IMG/VR virus record: IMGVR_UViG_3300045988_137427
Location: 1-22,547 of that record
Strand: one strand, 5' to 3'
Source: a virus
Length of the DNA stretch: 22,547 nt
Part shown: positions 7,648 to 17,326 of the stretch, piece after piece
How positions within the stretch are numbered: position 1 is the stretch's first letter
How the letters are laid out: every line of letters starts with the position of its first letter
Notes under the pieces: generated by a model
Told to the model about the DNA's origin: nothing
Seen by the model: the letters and a program-made list of their open reading frames with translations, nothing else
Database searches by the model: none
Position numbers and translations under genes: made by a program

Positions 7648-8900
7648 GCCAAACAGAAGAATATTGGATTGAGCGTATACGCCGGGCGCAAGAAAAGCAA
7701 GCCACGCAATCTATAACCGAGCTTCAAAAAGAGTTGAATATTTACTACTCTAAAGCTATGCGACGGCTCATAAAACAATTTGAAGCTACCTATGAAAAGC
7801 TACTGCGTCAAACTGCGGAGGGTATAACGCCTTCTGTAGCGGATTTATATAAATTAGATACCTACTGGAAGCTTCAAGGCGCTTTACGCTTAGAGCTTCA
7901 AAAACTTGGCGATAAGCAAGAAGTATTGTTCTCTAAGAAATTTGAAGAAGCCTATGAACATATTTGGAAGTCTATTTCTCTCCCATCACAATCAGCATTC
8001 ACCCAACCAAGTATTGAGAATGCTAACCAACTTATCAATTCTATTTGGTGTGCAGATGGAAAGAATTGGAGCGCCCGTGTTTGGGGCAACATTGATAAGC
8101 TCCAAGAAAGCTTGAATGATGCTCTTGTTGATTGCGTGATTACCGGCAAAAAAACAACCGAACTAAAACATATGCTTATGGAAGAGTTTGGTGTTGGATA
8201 CAATCGCGCGGACACCATAGCCCGCACAGAAATAGCCCACATTCAGACGCAAACAGCGCGAGAACGCTATAAAAACTATGGCATTTAGAAAGTGAAAATT
8301 GTGGCTGATAAATCAAGTAGGACGTGCCCGCAATGCGCCGAGCTGGATGGGAAGGAATATCCCATTGATGCTACTATGCCCGTTCCCGTTCATCCGCGTT
8401 GCCGGTGTTGTATTGTGCCCGTAATGGATTTGACTTCACAGAAAGAAGATAGTAGACTACAAGAAAAGCCGAAAGAAAAACCACGGCGCACAAGAGCAAT
8501 GTCTGTTCCGTCTCATAGCAAAACAATCCGCGTAGAACCGCCTGATATTGTCCAGCGGGCTATTGATAAGGTGAAGGAGCTATAGAAGAGTGGAGAACCG
8601 CTGCACTTCTATAAACGAACAAAGAGACATTAGAACCACGCGGAAGAACTCACCGGCCTAACCGGAGATGAAGCGTGGCAGAAGTATGAAGAAATGGCCG
8701 ATGCCTTTATGAAAAAAGACATTGACGGAAAGGATATGGAGGGCTTTATGAGTAGTATGGATTGGCTCTTCAAGTTTGAACATTCTTCCGGGCGAATAGG
8801 TATATTGAGCGATAAAGGAACAATATCAACTCTATTTGTGCCCGATAAGCAATCACCAGAAGAATATTGGAAGGAACAAATAAATGAATACGGAAAATAA
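7644..8900 (+). CDS. Head morphogenesis protein (MuF / SPP1 gp7 family) with an extra ~105-aa C-terminal domain; 3 in-frame TAGs
   Basis: ATG 7644 overlaps the portal stop. Frame 0 is continuous through TAG 8286, 8583 and 8631 to TAA 8898-8900, joining track ORFs 7644..8288, 8292..8585 and 8694..8900. MuF signature RTCPQCAELDGKEYPID...HPRCRCCIVP. No RBS before ATG 8694. Confidence 0.75.
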
Positions 8901-9096
8901 TAAGAAAAACCCTGCTATTCGTCCCTGCCCGGTTTGCGGAAAGTATATCTTCAAAGAACCTTATGAAGATTGCCCTGTTTGTGGGTGGGAGAATGATGTT
9001 GTCCAAGAGAAATGGCTAACAGTTGGCGGGTGTGCAAATGTAATGTCCCTTGAGGAATGCCGTAAGGCATATGCCGAGGGAAAAGAATTTTTCTAA
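8884..9096 (+). CDS. CPCC-family cysteine-rich (zinc-ribbon-like) protein; TAG-free
   Basis: CPVCGKY...CPVCGWENDVVQ...GGCANVMSLEECRKAY matches the remembered CPCC family pattern. Overlaps the 3' end of the MuF gene by 17 nt. Confidence 0.7.
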   Translation: MNTENNKKNPAIRPCPVCGKYIFKEPYEDCPVCGWENDVVQEKWLTVGGCANVMSLEECRKAYAEGKEFF

Positions 9097-9106
9097 GTTG
9101 TTTTCT

Positions 9107-9135
9107 GGAAGAAACGGGATTTTCCCGTTTCTTCC
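9107..9135 (+). terminator. Hairpin GGAAGAAACGGG-ATTTT-CCCGTTTCTTCC after the MuF/CPCC genes
   Basis: 12-bp perfect stem read directly, followed by TTCTATAT, a weak T-tract. Confidence 0.6.
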
Positions 9136-9230
9136 TTCTATATATGTCGCTTTGGGGGTTCAGACACTAAACGAACAATCAAATAATGGGGTTGCGGGCT
9201 TCCCGCAAAATCATAACGGAGGAATACATA

Positions 9231-9812
9231 ATGGATAACGAAAATAAAGGTATGGAAAATAACCAGTAGGGGCAGGGCGCGGAAAACAATCCGAGCACTG
9301 AACCAGAGGCTAAGACATATACCCAAGAAGAGGTTCTCCGCCTCTTACAGAGTGAGAGCGACAAGCGAGTAAATCAAGCTCTCGCAAAGCAAAAGAAAGA
9401 ATACGAGAAGAAGCTTTCCTTGACTTCTCTTGATGAGCAACAGCGTAAAGACGCGGAAGCTCAAATGCGTATTGAAGAGCTCCAAAGCCAGCTCGCGCAA
9501 TTCCAGATTGAAAAGAATAAGAGTGAGTTGAAGTCTGTTCTTTCAAGCAGAGGATTGAGCGCGGAATTTGCCGATATTATTTCTATCGGTGAGGATATTA
9601 CGGAAGCTCAAACAAATATTGATACATTGGATAGACTTTTCAAGGCGGCGGTAAAGGCCGAGGTAGAAAAGCGACTTGCGGGAAATACTCCCAAGGGCAA
9701 CTCTTCTTCTAACGGCGAGATTACAAAAGATGTCGTAAAGAAAATGTCTATGGCTGAATTGAATAAGTTGGCTATTGAACAGCCAGAAATATTTTCCAAG
9801 TTTTTTGGATAA
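9231..9812 (+). CDS. Scaffolding protein (DUF4355-like); 1 in-frame TAG
   Basis: GGAGGA then ATG 9231. TAG 9267-9269 (codon 13) is in frame with track ORF 9420..9812. Charged coiled-coil composition and a position immediately upstream of the major capsid gene. Confidence 0.65.
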
Positions 9813-9827
9813 TGGAGGATTACATAT

Positions 9828-10646
9828 ATGGCAAATACAGTTTATGCGAATAAGGTTATTGAGGCCAAGGCCAAAGACTTACTCACCACTCAAATCAATG
9901 CTCGTTCTATGATGACTATTGATGATAGTCTTGTAGCTTCTGCGGGTATGACGAAAACCATCAACACATATACCTACTCTGGCGTTGCCGAGGCTCTTGG
10001 CGTTGGCGTTGGCTCTACTGCGGGCTCTCGTGGCTCTATTGCTTATGTCGGCAATGACTACACCGTGAAGCTCATTCAGTAGGCCGCGGATTACTACGAT
10101 GAAGATTTTATGAAGGATAACCTCATTGTTGACTTTATGCTCAAGGGCGCGACGCAGGTTATGACTAATAAAATGACAAGCGACTTCTACGCCGCCCTTG
10201 CTACTAAGAACTCTGCCGGTAGTGCGGAACTTGTGTAGGGTATCACTTTTGCTAAGGGCTCTGCGCTTTCTTATGATGTCATTGTTGACGCTATCAGCGA
10301 ACTCAATATTGAGGACGAAAGCAAAATCTTCATTGTCATTCCTAACAAGTGGAAGGCTGCTCTCCGCAAGGATAATGATTATGTTTCCGCTCGCCAAGGC
10401 GAGGTTGTGTATAACGGACAGGTTGGCACTATTGCCGGTATCCCTGTTGTTGCTACAAAGGCTCTGACTGATAAGGCTTATGTTATGACTAATGAAGCTA
10501 TCACTCTCTTCCTCAAGAAAGATGTAGAGGTTGAACAGGAGCGCGACGCCGATACCCGCAAGAACTCCATCTATCTGCGCGATTGCTATATTTGCGCTCT
10601 TACCGACGCTACCAAGGCGTGCAAGATTACCGAGGCGGCTTCCTAA
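9828..10646 (+). CDS. Major capsid protein (HK97-fold type); 2 in-frame TAGs
   Basis: GGAGG then ATG 9828. TAG 10080-10082 and 10236-10238 are the only stops in frame 0 up to TAA 10644-10646. The C-terminal segment GIPVVATKAL...VEVEQERDADTRKNSIYLRDCY..ALTDATKA is typical of capsid proteins. Followed by a hairpin. Confidence 0.8.
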
Positions 10647-10663
10647 TTTATTCTGAAAATAAA

Positions 10664-10681
10664 GGGGGAGTTTTCTCCCCC
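10664..10681 (+). terminator. Hairpin GGGGGAG-TTTT-CTCCCCC downstream of the capsid gene
   Basis: 7-bp GC-rich stem with no clear T-tract. May be an attenuator or mRNA stabiliser. Confidence 0.4.
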
Positions 10682-10702
10682 TCCTAATAGGAGGCTACTA
10701 AA

Positions 10703-10996
10703 ATGATTGATGAAGTGAAAATTTTGCTTGGCGCGGGCGCGGAAAATTTCTCTGACGCGGAGATTGGGCTTGCTCTCAAAATGGCGATTGCTGAAGTAGA
10801 GGATTACTGCCGCAGAGACTTGGATTATTCTCTTGAACTCATTGCCGAGCGTATTGCGGTTATCAAACTCAACCGTATGGGCGCGGAGGGTTTATCTGCT
10901 TATAATGCGGGAAGCGTAAGTGAAAGCTACATTGACGGATACCCCGCCGATATTCTTGCTACACTCAACGCTAAGCGCAAGTTGAAGGTGTTGTGA
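10703..10996 (+). CDS. Head-tail connector / DNA-packaging (gp6-like) protein; TAG-free
   Basis: AGGAGG then ATG 10703. 97 aa. Call rests on position after the capsid gene and typical size and N-terminal pattern. Confidence 0.6.
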   Translation: MIDEVKILLGAGAENFSDAEIGLALKMAIAEVEDYCRRDLDYSLELIAERIAVIKLNRMGAEGLSAYNAGSVSESYIDGYPADILATLNAKRKLKVL

Positions 10997-10997
10997 G

Positions 10998-11279
10998 ATG
11001 CGGCAGCACTTTAGAGAATACACCTATAAGACATTTGGCGCATAGGACGCTTACGGCCAGCCAGCTCTTTCCGATACATCCGCAAAAATCCATATGGCAG
11101 TTAGCCTTCTCAATACTCAACTCACAGACAATATACTCTACAAGGATGCTCAATACTTGGGTATCACAACTGAACCAATAGATGATAAATGCGTTGTGCT
11201 CTATGGTGAGGAAACGTTGAAAGTGCTCTATGTGGTGAAGGGCAGATATAACCAAGTATATATGGCGCGTCAAAAATGA
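10998..11279 (+). CDS. Head closure / head-tail adaptor protein; 1 in-frame TAG
   Basis: ATG 10998 lies just after the preceding TGA. TAG 11043-11045 (codon 16) is in frame with track ORF 11094..11279. Call rests on size and synteny. Confidence 0.55.
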
Positions 11280-11698
11280 GTATTGAAATTCAAGGAGCGG
11301 ACGAACTGCTTGCCAAGTTCTCCAAGATGGAGGATGGCGCAACCATACGAAAAGGAATGTAGCAGGCTTGCGTATTGGTAGAGACAAGCGCAAAAGAAAC
11401 GGCTCCAATAGATAGTGGTGCTTTACGTCGCAGTATTACAAGCCGTATAGAGGACGGCGGCGCCACTATCGAAGGTATAGTATATACACCCTTAGAGTAT
11501 GCGCCTTATGTTGAGTATGGAACAGGGCTTTTTGCCGAAGGAGGCAATGGCCGAAAAACACCGTGGGCTTATAGGGATGATGAAGGGAAATTACATTTTA
11601 CCCACGGCCAGCACCCACACCCATATATGCGCCCGGCGCTATCCGATAACCGCAATCAAATTACACAGCTATTAGGGGAGGGTATAACGAATGATTGA
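11276..11698 (+). CDS. HK97 gp10-like tail-joining protein; 1 in-frame TAG
   Basis: ATGA overlap with the previous gene. TAG 11360-11362 (codon 29) is in frame with track ORF 11375..11698. Motif AKETAPIDSGALRRSI is typical of the gp10 family. Confidence 0.7.
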
Positions 11699-12041
11699 TT
11701 TTCATTCTAAAATGGTTGAAGCTCTCCAAAAAACCGGCTTACCAGTTCACTATGAAATGACGCTGCACAGCGGGCTTTCAACGCCTTGTGTGAGCTATAT
11801 GGAACTGTCCAATGTTGCCGCCGAAGAGGGCGACACACTTGGCTATAGCCGTATCCAATACCAAGTAAAGGTATGGGGTGAACGAATTGCCGATTTACAA
11901 CGCTATGCGCTCCAAATTGATGAGCTGTTGAGGCCGTTAGGCTTCAAGCGCATTAGTTGTGGAGAGCTGTATGATATGAATAGTTCTATGATTTAGAAGA
12001 TTATGGGTTATGAGGCTTTAGCCCTCGAACCTTTTGAATAA
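11691..12041 (+). CDS. Tail completion/terminator-like protein; 1 in-frame TAG near the 3' end
   Basis: Track ORF 11691..11996 ends in TAG 11994-11996. The frame continues for 14 codons to TAA 12039-12041, which abuts the RBS of the next gene. Confidence 0.55.
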
Positions 12042-12055
12042 TGGAGGTAGATTTT

Positions 12056-12445
12056 ATGGCTACAATTTCCAAGGGTATCAAATTATCCTATAAGGAAGCG
12101 AGTGGAAGCGAATATACCGAACTTACCAACTTGCAGGAAATTCCTGATTTGGGTGGCGAAGCGGAAGCTATTGAAATTACCGTTCTTTCGGACGCCGCGC
12201 ATATGTATACCGATGGTATCTTGAACTATGGCGATAGTCTTGCGTTCAAGTTCCTTTATGATAAGACACAGTTCACCACGCTCAATGGCCTTAGCGGTTC
12301 AATCTCTTGGAAGGTTGAGCTTCCTGATGGTGCTACTTGCTCCTTCACCGGCACTTCCAGCGTAAAGTTGGATAGCGTTGGCGTGAATGCTGCTCTTACT
12401 TATGAATTGAGTATCAAGCCCAATTCCGCTATGGCTTGGGCATAA
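12056..12445 (+). CDS. Major tail protein; TAG-free
   Basis: GGAGG at 12043-12047 then ATG 12056. 129 aa, beta-rich. Position before the chaperone and tape measure genes, with a strong terminator hairpin after it. Confidence 0.7.
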   Translation: MATISKGIKLSYKEASGSEYTELTNLQEIPDLGGEAEAIEITVLSDAAHMYTDGILNYGDSLAFKFLYDKTQFTTLNGLSGSISWKVELPDGATCSFTGTSSVKLDSVGVNAALTYELSIKPNSAMAWA

Positions 12446-12458
12446 TTCCCATATGGGG

Positions 12459-12498
12459 AGTTGGGGGAGGTTCCTTTCTCCCCCTCCCCCAACTTTTT
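12459..12498 (+). terminator. Rho-independent terminator-like hairpin AGTTGGGGGAG...CTCCCCCAACT + TTTTT
   Basis: 11-bp perfect stem at 12459-12469 and 12484-12494, followed by a T5 run. Confidence 0.7.
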
Positions 12499-12517
12499 AT
12501 AAATGGAGGAAAAATAA

Positions 12518-12856
12518 ATGCTGTATGTTGATTTTAGCGCGGGTGGGCGTGATTATAAATTACGCTTGAACACCCGTAATATCGTAATGCTTGAGAAGTA
12601 GATTGGATGTAATCCTATTGCTATTTTTGGAGATGGGGATACATTACCAACTATTACCTCTATGGTTGCTATTCTCTACGCGAGCCTTCAATACTTCCAT
12701 CACGGGGTTGGGCTGAATGAAGCCTATGATATTTATGATGATTATATTGGTGATGGACATAGCGCAAGCGACTTTATCAAGGTAATTCTTGAGGTTTATA
12801 AGGTTTCTGGTTTGCTTCCCGCTGACGCCAGCACCGAGGAAGCCGAAAAAAACTAA
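12518..12856 (+). CDS. Tail assembly chaperone (G-like); 1 in-frame TAG
   Basis: GGAGG then ATG 12518. TAG 12599-12601 (codon 28) is in frame with track ORF 12662..12856. N-terminus GGRDYKLRLNTRNIVMLEK[TAG]IGCNP matches the usual chaperone pattern. Stop is TAA at 12854-12856. Confidence 0.75.
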
Positions 12857-13263
12857 TGGAAGGGGGCTCGCAAAATGTAGCCCCCTTTCTTTACACAGAT
12901 AAGATAGTTGAGTTGTTAGATAAGGCTCTTGATTGGGGTATTGGGGAATTTGACTTTTGGAATATGACGCTCACCGAATTGGAGCGCTTGCTCAAAAGTA
13001 AACAGCGCAGACAAAAGAACGAACTTCAAGAAAAAGCTTTCTTTGACTACAGACTTGCTCAACTGATAGGCGTTAGTGTAGGGCGCATATATGATAGTAA
13101 GTGCTCTCTGCCCTCTTTGGAAGATGCCTATCCAACTATTTTTGACAGAGAAAAATTACAAGAGGAAAAGCAAGCTCAAACAGATGAGTTATCTGCTTTG
13201 AGATTTAGATAGTTCGCGCATACCTATAATATGAAATATGGAGGGGATGCGAATAATGAATGA
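12518..13263 (+). CDS. Tail assembly chaperone -1 frameshift product (G-T-like); additional in-frame TAG in the extension
   Basis: Frame 2 shifts to frame 1 at 12847-12853. The -1 frame is open to TAG 13210-13212 and then for 16 more codons to TGA 13261-13263, overlapping the tape measure start. Confidence 0.6.
12847..12853 (+). promoter_or_regulatory. -1 programmed ribosomal frameshift slippery heptamer A_AAA_AAC
   Basis: The zero-frame codons are gaa aaa aac taa. The -1 frame then reads aaa aaa cta atg into track ORF 12856..13212. Hairpin GGGGGCT..AGCCCCC starts at 12863, about 9 nt downstream of the slippery heptamer. Confidence 0.7.
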
Positions 13264-15337
13264 AGAATTGAAAGTTATTATAAAGGCCGAAATTGCCCAA
13301 TTCAAACAAGGAATAGAGTAGGCTAAAAGCTCCATTCAAGGCTTCAAAGCAAAAGTAAATTCAATGAAAGGCGAAGCCGATAAAGTCATAAAGAAAATGG
13401 GTAAATCCTTCGCAGACTTGGGAAAGAAAATTGCAAAGGCGTTCGTTGCCGGATGTGCGGCGGCGGGTGCTGCGGTTTTAGCTCTTGGTAAGAAAGCGCT
13501 AAGTGCTTATAGCGATTATGAACAGTTAGTTGGCGGTATTGATATGCTATTCAAAGAGAATAGCCAAACCGTTCAAGCCTACGCGCGCGACGCTTACAAA
13601 AACCAATAGATGAGCGCTAATCAGTATATGGAAATGGCTACCTCATTTAGTGCTGGCCTCATTGCGAGCGTTGGCGGCGATACTGCCAAGGCCGCGCAAA
13701 TCGCAGATATGGCTATTACAGATATGGCCGACAATGCGAACCGTATGGGTAGCACTATGGAAAGCATTCAAAACGCTTACCAAGGTTTTGCAAAATAGAA
13801 TTATACAATGCTCGATAACCTCAAATTAGGCTATGGTGGCACAAAGCAAGAAATGGAACGTTTACTTGCCGACGCTACAAAGCTCACAGGTATCAAGTAT
13901 GATATAAATAATCTTTCAGACGTATATGAGGCAATCCACGCCATTCAGACAGAAATGGGCATTACCGGCGCGACAGCAGACGAGGCCGCGAAAACAATTC
14001 AAGGCTCTGTTGCTATGATGAAAGCCGCGTGGACAAACTGGCTTGTTGGCTTGATGGATGATAACGCCGATATTGGGCAGCTCACCAAGGATTTGATTAG
14101 TTCTGTAGGGACTGTAATTGATAATATCAAGCCAAGAGTAAAGCAATTCTTCCAGAGTTTTGTAGAGGGTGTCCACACCGCATTAGAGCCCTACCCCGCA
14201 CTTCAAGCAATGTTTGACGGAATTGTGAACGCGCTACAAACTGTATAGAATACAGTAAGCGCTGTGGTGGGTTTTGTCGTGCAAAATTGGGCAACACTTC
14301 AACCCATTCTTATAGCCGTTGCCGCGGTTATTGGCGTAATTGTCGCCGCCGTAGCGATGTATAACGCGGTTGCCGCTATAAAGCTTGCTATGGATGCCGC
14401 GCAAGTAGCTACTTTGGGAGCACTCGCCGCAGCTACTTGGGCAGCTCTCGCGCCATACTTGCTTATCGCCGCAGCCATTGCCGCGCTCATTGCAATTATT
14501 GTTCTTTGCATTACTCATTGGGACGCTATCAAAGCGAAAGTAAGCGAAGTATGCGCCGCGATTGCTAACTTTGTTTCAAGTATGGTTGGCAAGGTAAAAG
14601 AGTGGTTTGGCAATATGAAATCTGCCATTTCTGAAAAGGTTGATGCTATAAAGGCAGAAGCAAGTGAAAAATGGGCTACCATCAAAGGCGTAATTACCAA
14701 TGCTGTCGCCGCAGCCAAAGAGCAGACACAAGCTCACCTTTCCGCTATGAAGTAGGCTTATGAAGAAAATGGCGGCGGTATCAAGGGTATTGTTGCCGCG
14801 TTAGGCGCTGGATTGAAGAGTATCTTTTCAAGTGCATATGCTTCTATTGATGCTCTAACAGGTGGTAAACTTTCTGCTATCCGTGATAAGTTCAGTAATA
14901 TTCTTGGACAAGCCCGTGATAAGGTGAAGGGTATTATTGATAAAATCAAGAGCTTCTTCAATTTCAATTGGAGCTTGCCGCACTTGAAGATGCCTCATAT
15001 CTCTATTTCCGGTAGTTTTAGTCTCTCCCCGCCGAGCGTGCCCAGGTTCGCAATTAGTTGGTATGCGCGCGGCGGTGTGTTCGATGCGCCTACTCTGTTC
15101 AACTATGGGAATGGTGCTCTTGGAGGATTAGGCGAGCACGGCGCGGAAGCGGTTGTCCCTCTGGAAAACAATACCGAATGGCTTGATAAAATTGCCGAAC
15201 GTCTTGCCGCAGGAATGGGTGGAAGTAATACACCTATTGTTCTCCAAGTAGACGGAAAGACATTTGCAGAAATTAGTGTTGATAGTATCAACGCGCTTAC
15301 ACGTCAACGCGGTAGTCTTGGAATAAATCTTGTGTAA
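13256..15337 (+). CDS. Tail tape measure protein; 5 in-frame TAGs
   Basis: GGAGGGG then ATG 13256. Five track ORFs (13364, 13610, 13808, 14264, 14813) are all in frame 2, joined only by TAG 13319, 13607, 13796, 14246 and 14753. Conserved tape-measure motif YQGFAK[TAG]NYTMLDNLKLGYGGTKQEMERLL. Hydrophobic Ala-rich central segment. Stop is TAA. Confidence 0.9.
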
Positions 15338-15349
15338 GGAGGGGTATAA

Positions 15350-15703
15350 ATGGCTTATTTTCAAATTGGCTCACACGACTATAGCGCTTATACAAGCTCG
15401 TTGAAAGTTGGATATACCGTGAATTATACTTCTCAAACTAACGCCTCTTATAATTCCGTAGTTGATTATCACAACACAAAGACAACGGTAGAGGTAGAGG
15501 TTATTCCATTGGATGATGAAACAATGAAGTAGTTGCTCACGGATATAAAATCGTTCTCTATAACGATTTTTTACCGTGAGCCTCAAACGGGGACTTTTGC
15601 GGAACTTCCTGTTGTATGTTCCTCGTATAATACGGACTACTATACCATTCAGCAAAGCAACGTAAAGTATAAGAAAATGAAACTCAAATTTACTCAACTG
15701 TAA
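15350..15703 (+). CDS. Small tail component (distal-tail-like position); 1 in-frame TAG
   Basis: GGAGGGG then ATG 15350. TAG 15530-15532, then 56 further open codons to TAA 15701-15703, checked codon by codon. Confidence 0.55.
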
Positions 15704-15715
15704 GGAGGGCAGACT

Positions 15716-17326
15716 ATGCTAACAACTACAACCGCATATAATACCGCTATTAGTGCGTCTGTCCGCAAAATCAAAGCCAAAGCAGAGTTCTATCAAGGCT
15801 CTGCTTTGGTAGATACCTATACTGATGAGGACAGAATAATTTCCTTTGATATTTAGCGCATAGGTGATGATGGTAAGTTTTTTGGCTTTGGTGTATGCCA
15901 GCGCCTCAATATCCATCTAATAGATAAAGATAGAGAGTTAGCCTACTCAACAGCTAACTCTATCAAAATTGGAATAAGCCCTCGCCTTGTGAGTGATGAG
16001 GTTGAAACGGAATACATTACCTATCCCACGTTCTATGTTTCCGAAATCCACCGAGACGAAAAGACGAATGAGCTTTCTATTACGGCCTATGATGCGATTT
16101 ACCCAGCGGCCGCGCATACAGTTAGTGAACTTGTGGTTGAGAAGCCATACACTACAGCTCAATTTGCAGCGGCCTGTGCTACTCTTTTAGGCGTCGGCAT
16201 TACCGGCACAGATAGCTTTACCGTTTCCTATGAGAATGGCGCGAACTTCGACGGCACAGAGACAATAAGAGAAGCGCTTGATTATTTAGCCGAAGCTACA
16301 CAAACAATCTATTTTATCAACTCTACGGGGACTTTGTGCTTCAAGCAACTAAACAAAGAAGGAAATGCAGTATTAGCAATCTCTAAGGATATTTATTTTG
16401 AATTTAGTAGTGGAAGCGGAAAGCGCCTTTAGACAATTTGCAGCGCTACAGAATTAGGTGATAATGTCAGCGAAAGCACTACACAAATAGGCTCTACACA
16501 ATATGTAAGAGATAATCCTTTTTGGGAACTGCGCGACGATATAGCAACTCTAATTCATAATGGAATTGAGGTAATTGGTAATATAACGATTGATGTATTT
16601 TCGTGTAGCTGGCGCGGAAATCCTGCATTAGAAGTAGGAGATAAGCTTACACTACAAACAAGAGATAATCAAACAATTACCTCTTATGTTCTCAATGATA
16701 AGATTGAATATAATGGCGCACTAAAAGAAACAACTCAATGGAAGTATAACGAGACTTCCGCAGAAACCGAAAGCAATCCCACGAGTATAGGCGACGCTAT
16801 AAAATAGACGTATGCGCGCGTCGATAAATAGAAAAAGCAAATTGACTTGGTAGCGAGTAAAACCGATGAGCTGGAAAGTAAAAACTCCGCTCTCCAAATT
16901 GCTACGGATAAAATCTCTATGGAAGTCAAAGAGAGCAAGCAAACGACAAAAGAAAGTTTGGATGCTCTCAACTCATCTATTCAAGAAGTTCAAAATAGTG
17001 TAAAGACTTCAATCAGCGCATAGGATGTTCAAATCCAGATTGAGAACTCTCTAAAGAATATCAATAGCGTTTCCACTACTACAGGCTTCAAGTTTGATGA
17101 AAACGGCCTCCAAATTTCAAAGACAGATAGCGATATTTCTACTATCGTCAATGAAGATGGTATGAAAATTGAAAGTGGAAGCACGGTATTACTCGATGTA
17201 AATAATACTGGTGTAGATGCTATCAACCTCTTTGCGTCTCAATATCTGCGTATTGGAAACACTCGCTTTGAGGATTATTCAAATAATACGCGCACGGGCG
17301 CTTTTTGGGTAGGAGGGAATAACTAA
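15716..17326 (+). CDS. Tail tip / minor structural protein with coiled coil and a conserved C-terminal ...RFEDY..RTGAFWVG module; 5 in-frame TAGs
   Basis: GGAGGG then ATG 15716. Frame 2 is open to TAA 17324-17326, checked codon by codon. The only interruptions are TAG 15854, 16430, 16805, 16829 and 17021. This fills the ORF-poor stretch 16433-17325. Confidence 0.75.

Noticed and set aside
8694-8900. Track ORF 8694..8900 as an independent 68-aa gene
   Set aside because: There is no RBS upstream of ATG 8694. The frame is continuous with MuF through TAG 8583 and 8631, with sensible peptide sequence in between. An independent gene remains a minority possibility.
10198-10467. Alternative-frame plus-strand ORFs (10198..10467, 10993..11181, 7906..8115, 15993..16190, 18579..18809, 949..1131, 1819..2109)
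   Set aside because: They overlap well-supported genes in another frame or lie in the structured non-coding region. They lack RBSs and have low-complexity translations.
5325-17023. Broken ORFs explained as pseudogenes, frameshifts or sequencing errors in a decaying prophage
   Set aside because: All 39 interruptions are TAG and none is TAA or TGA. No frame change is needed anywhere except the canonical chaperone slip. No gene uses TAG as its terminator. Random decay would give a mix of stops and indels.
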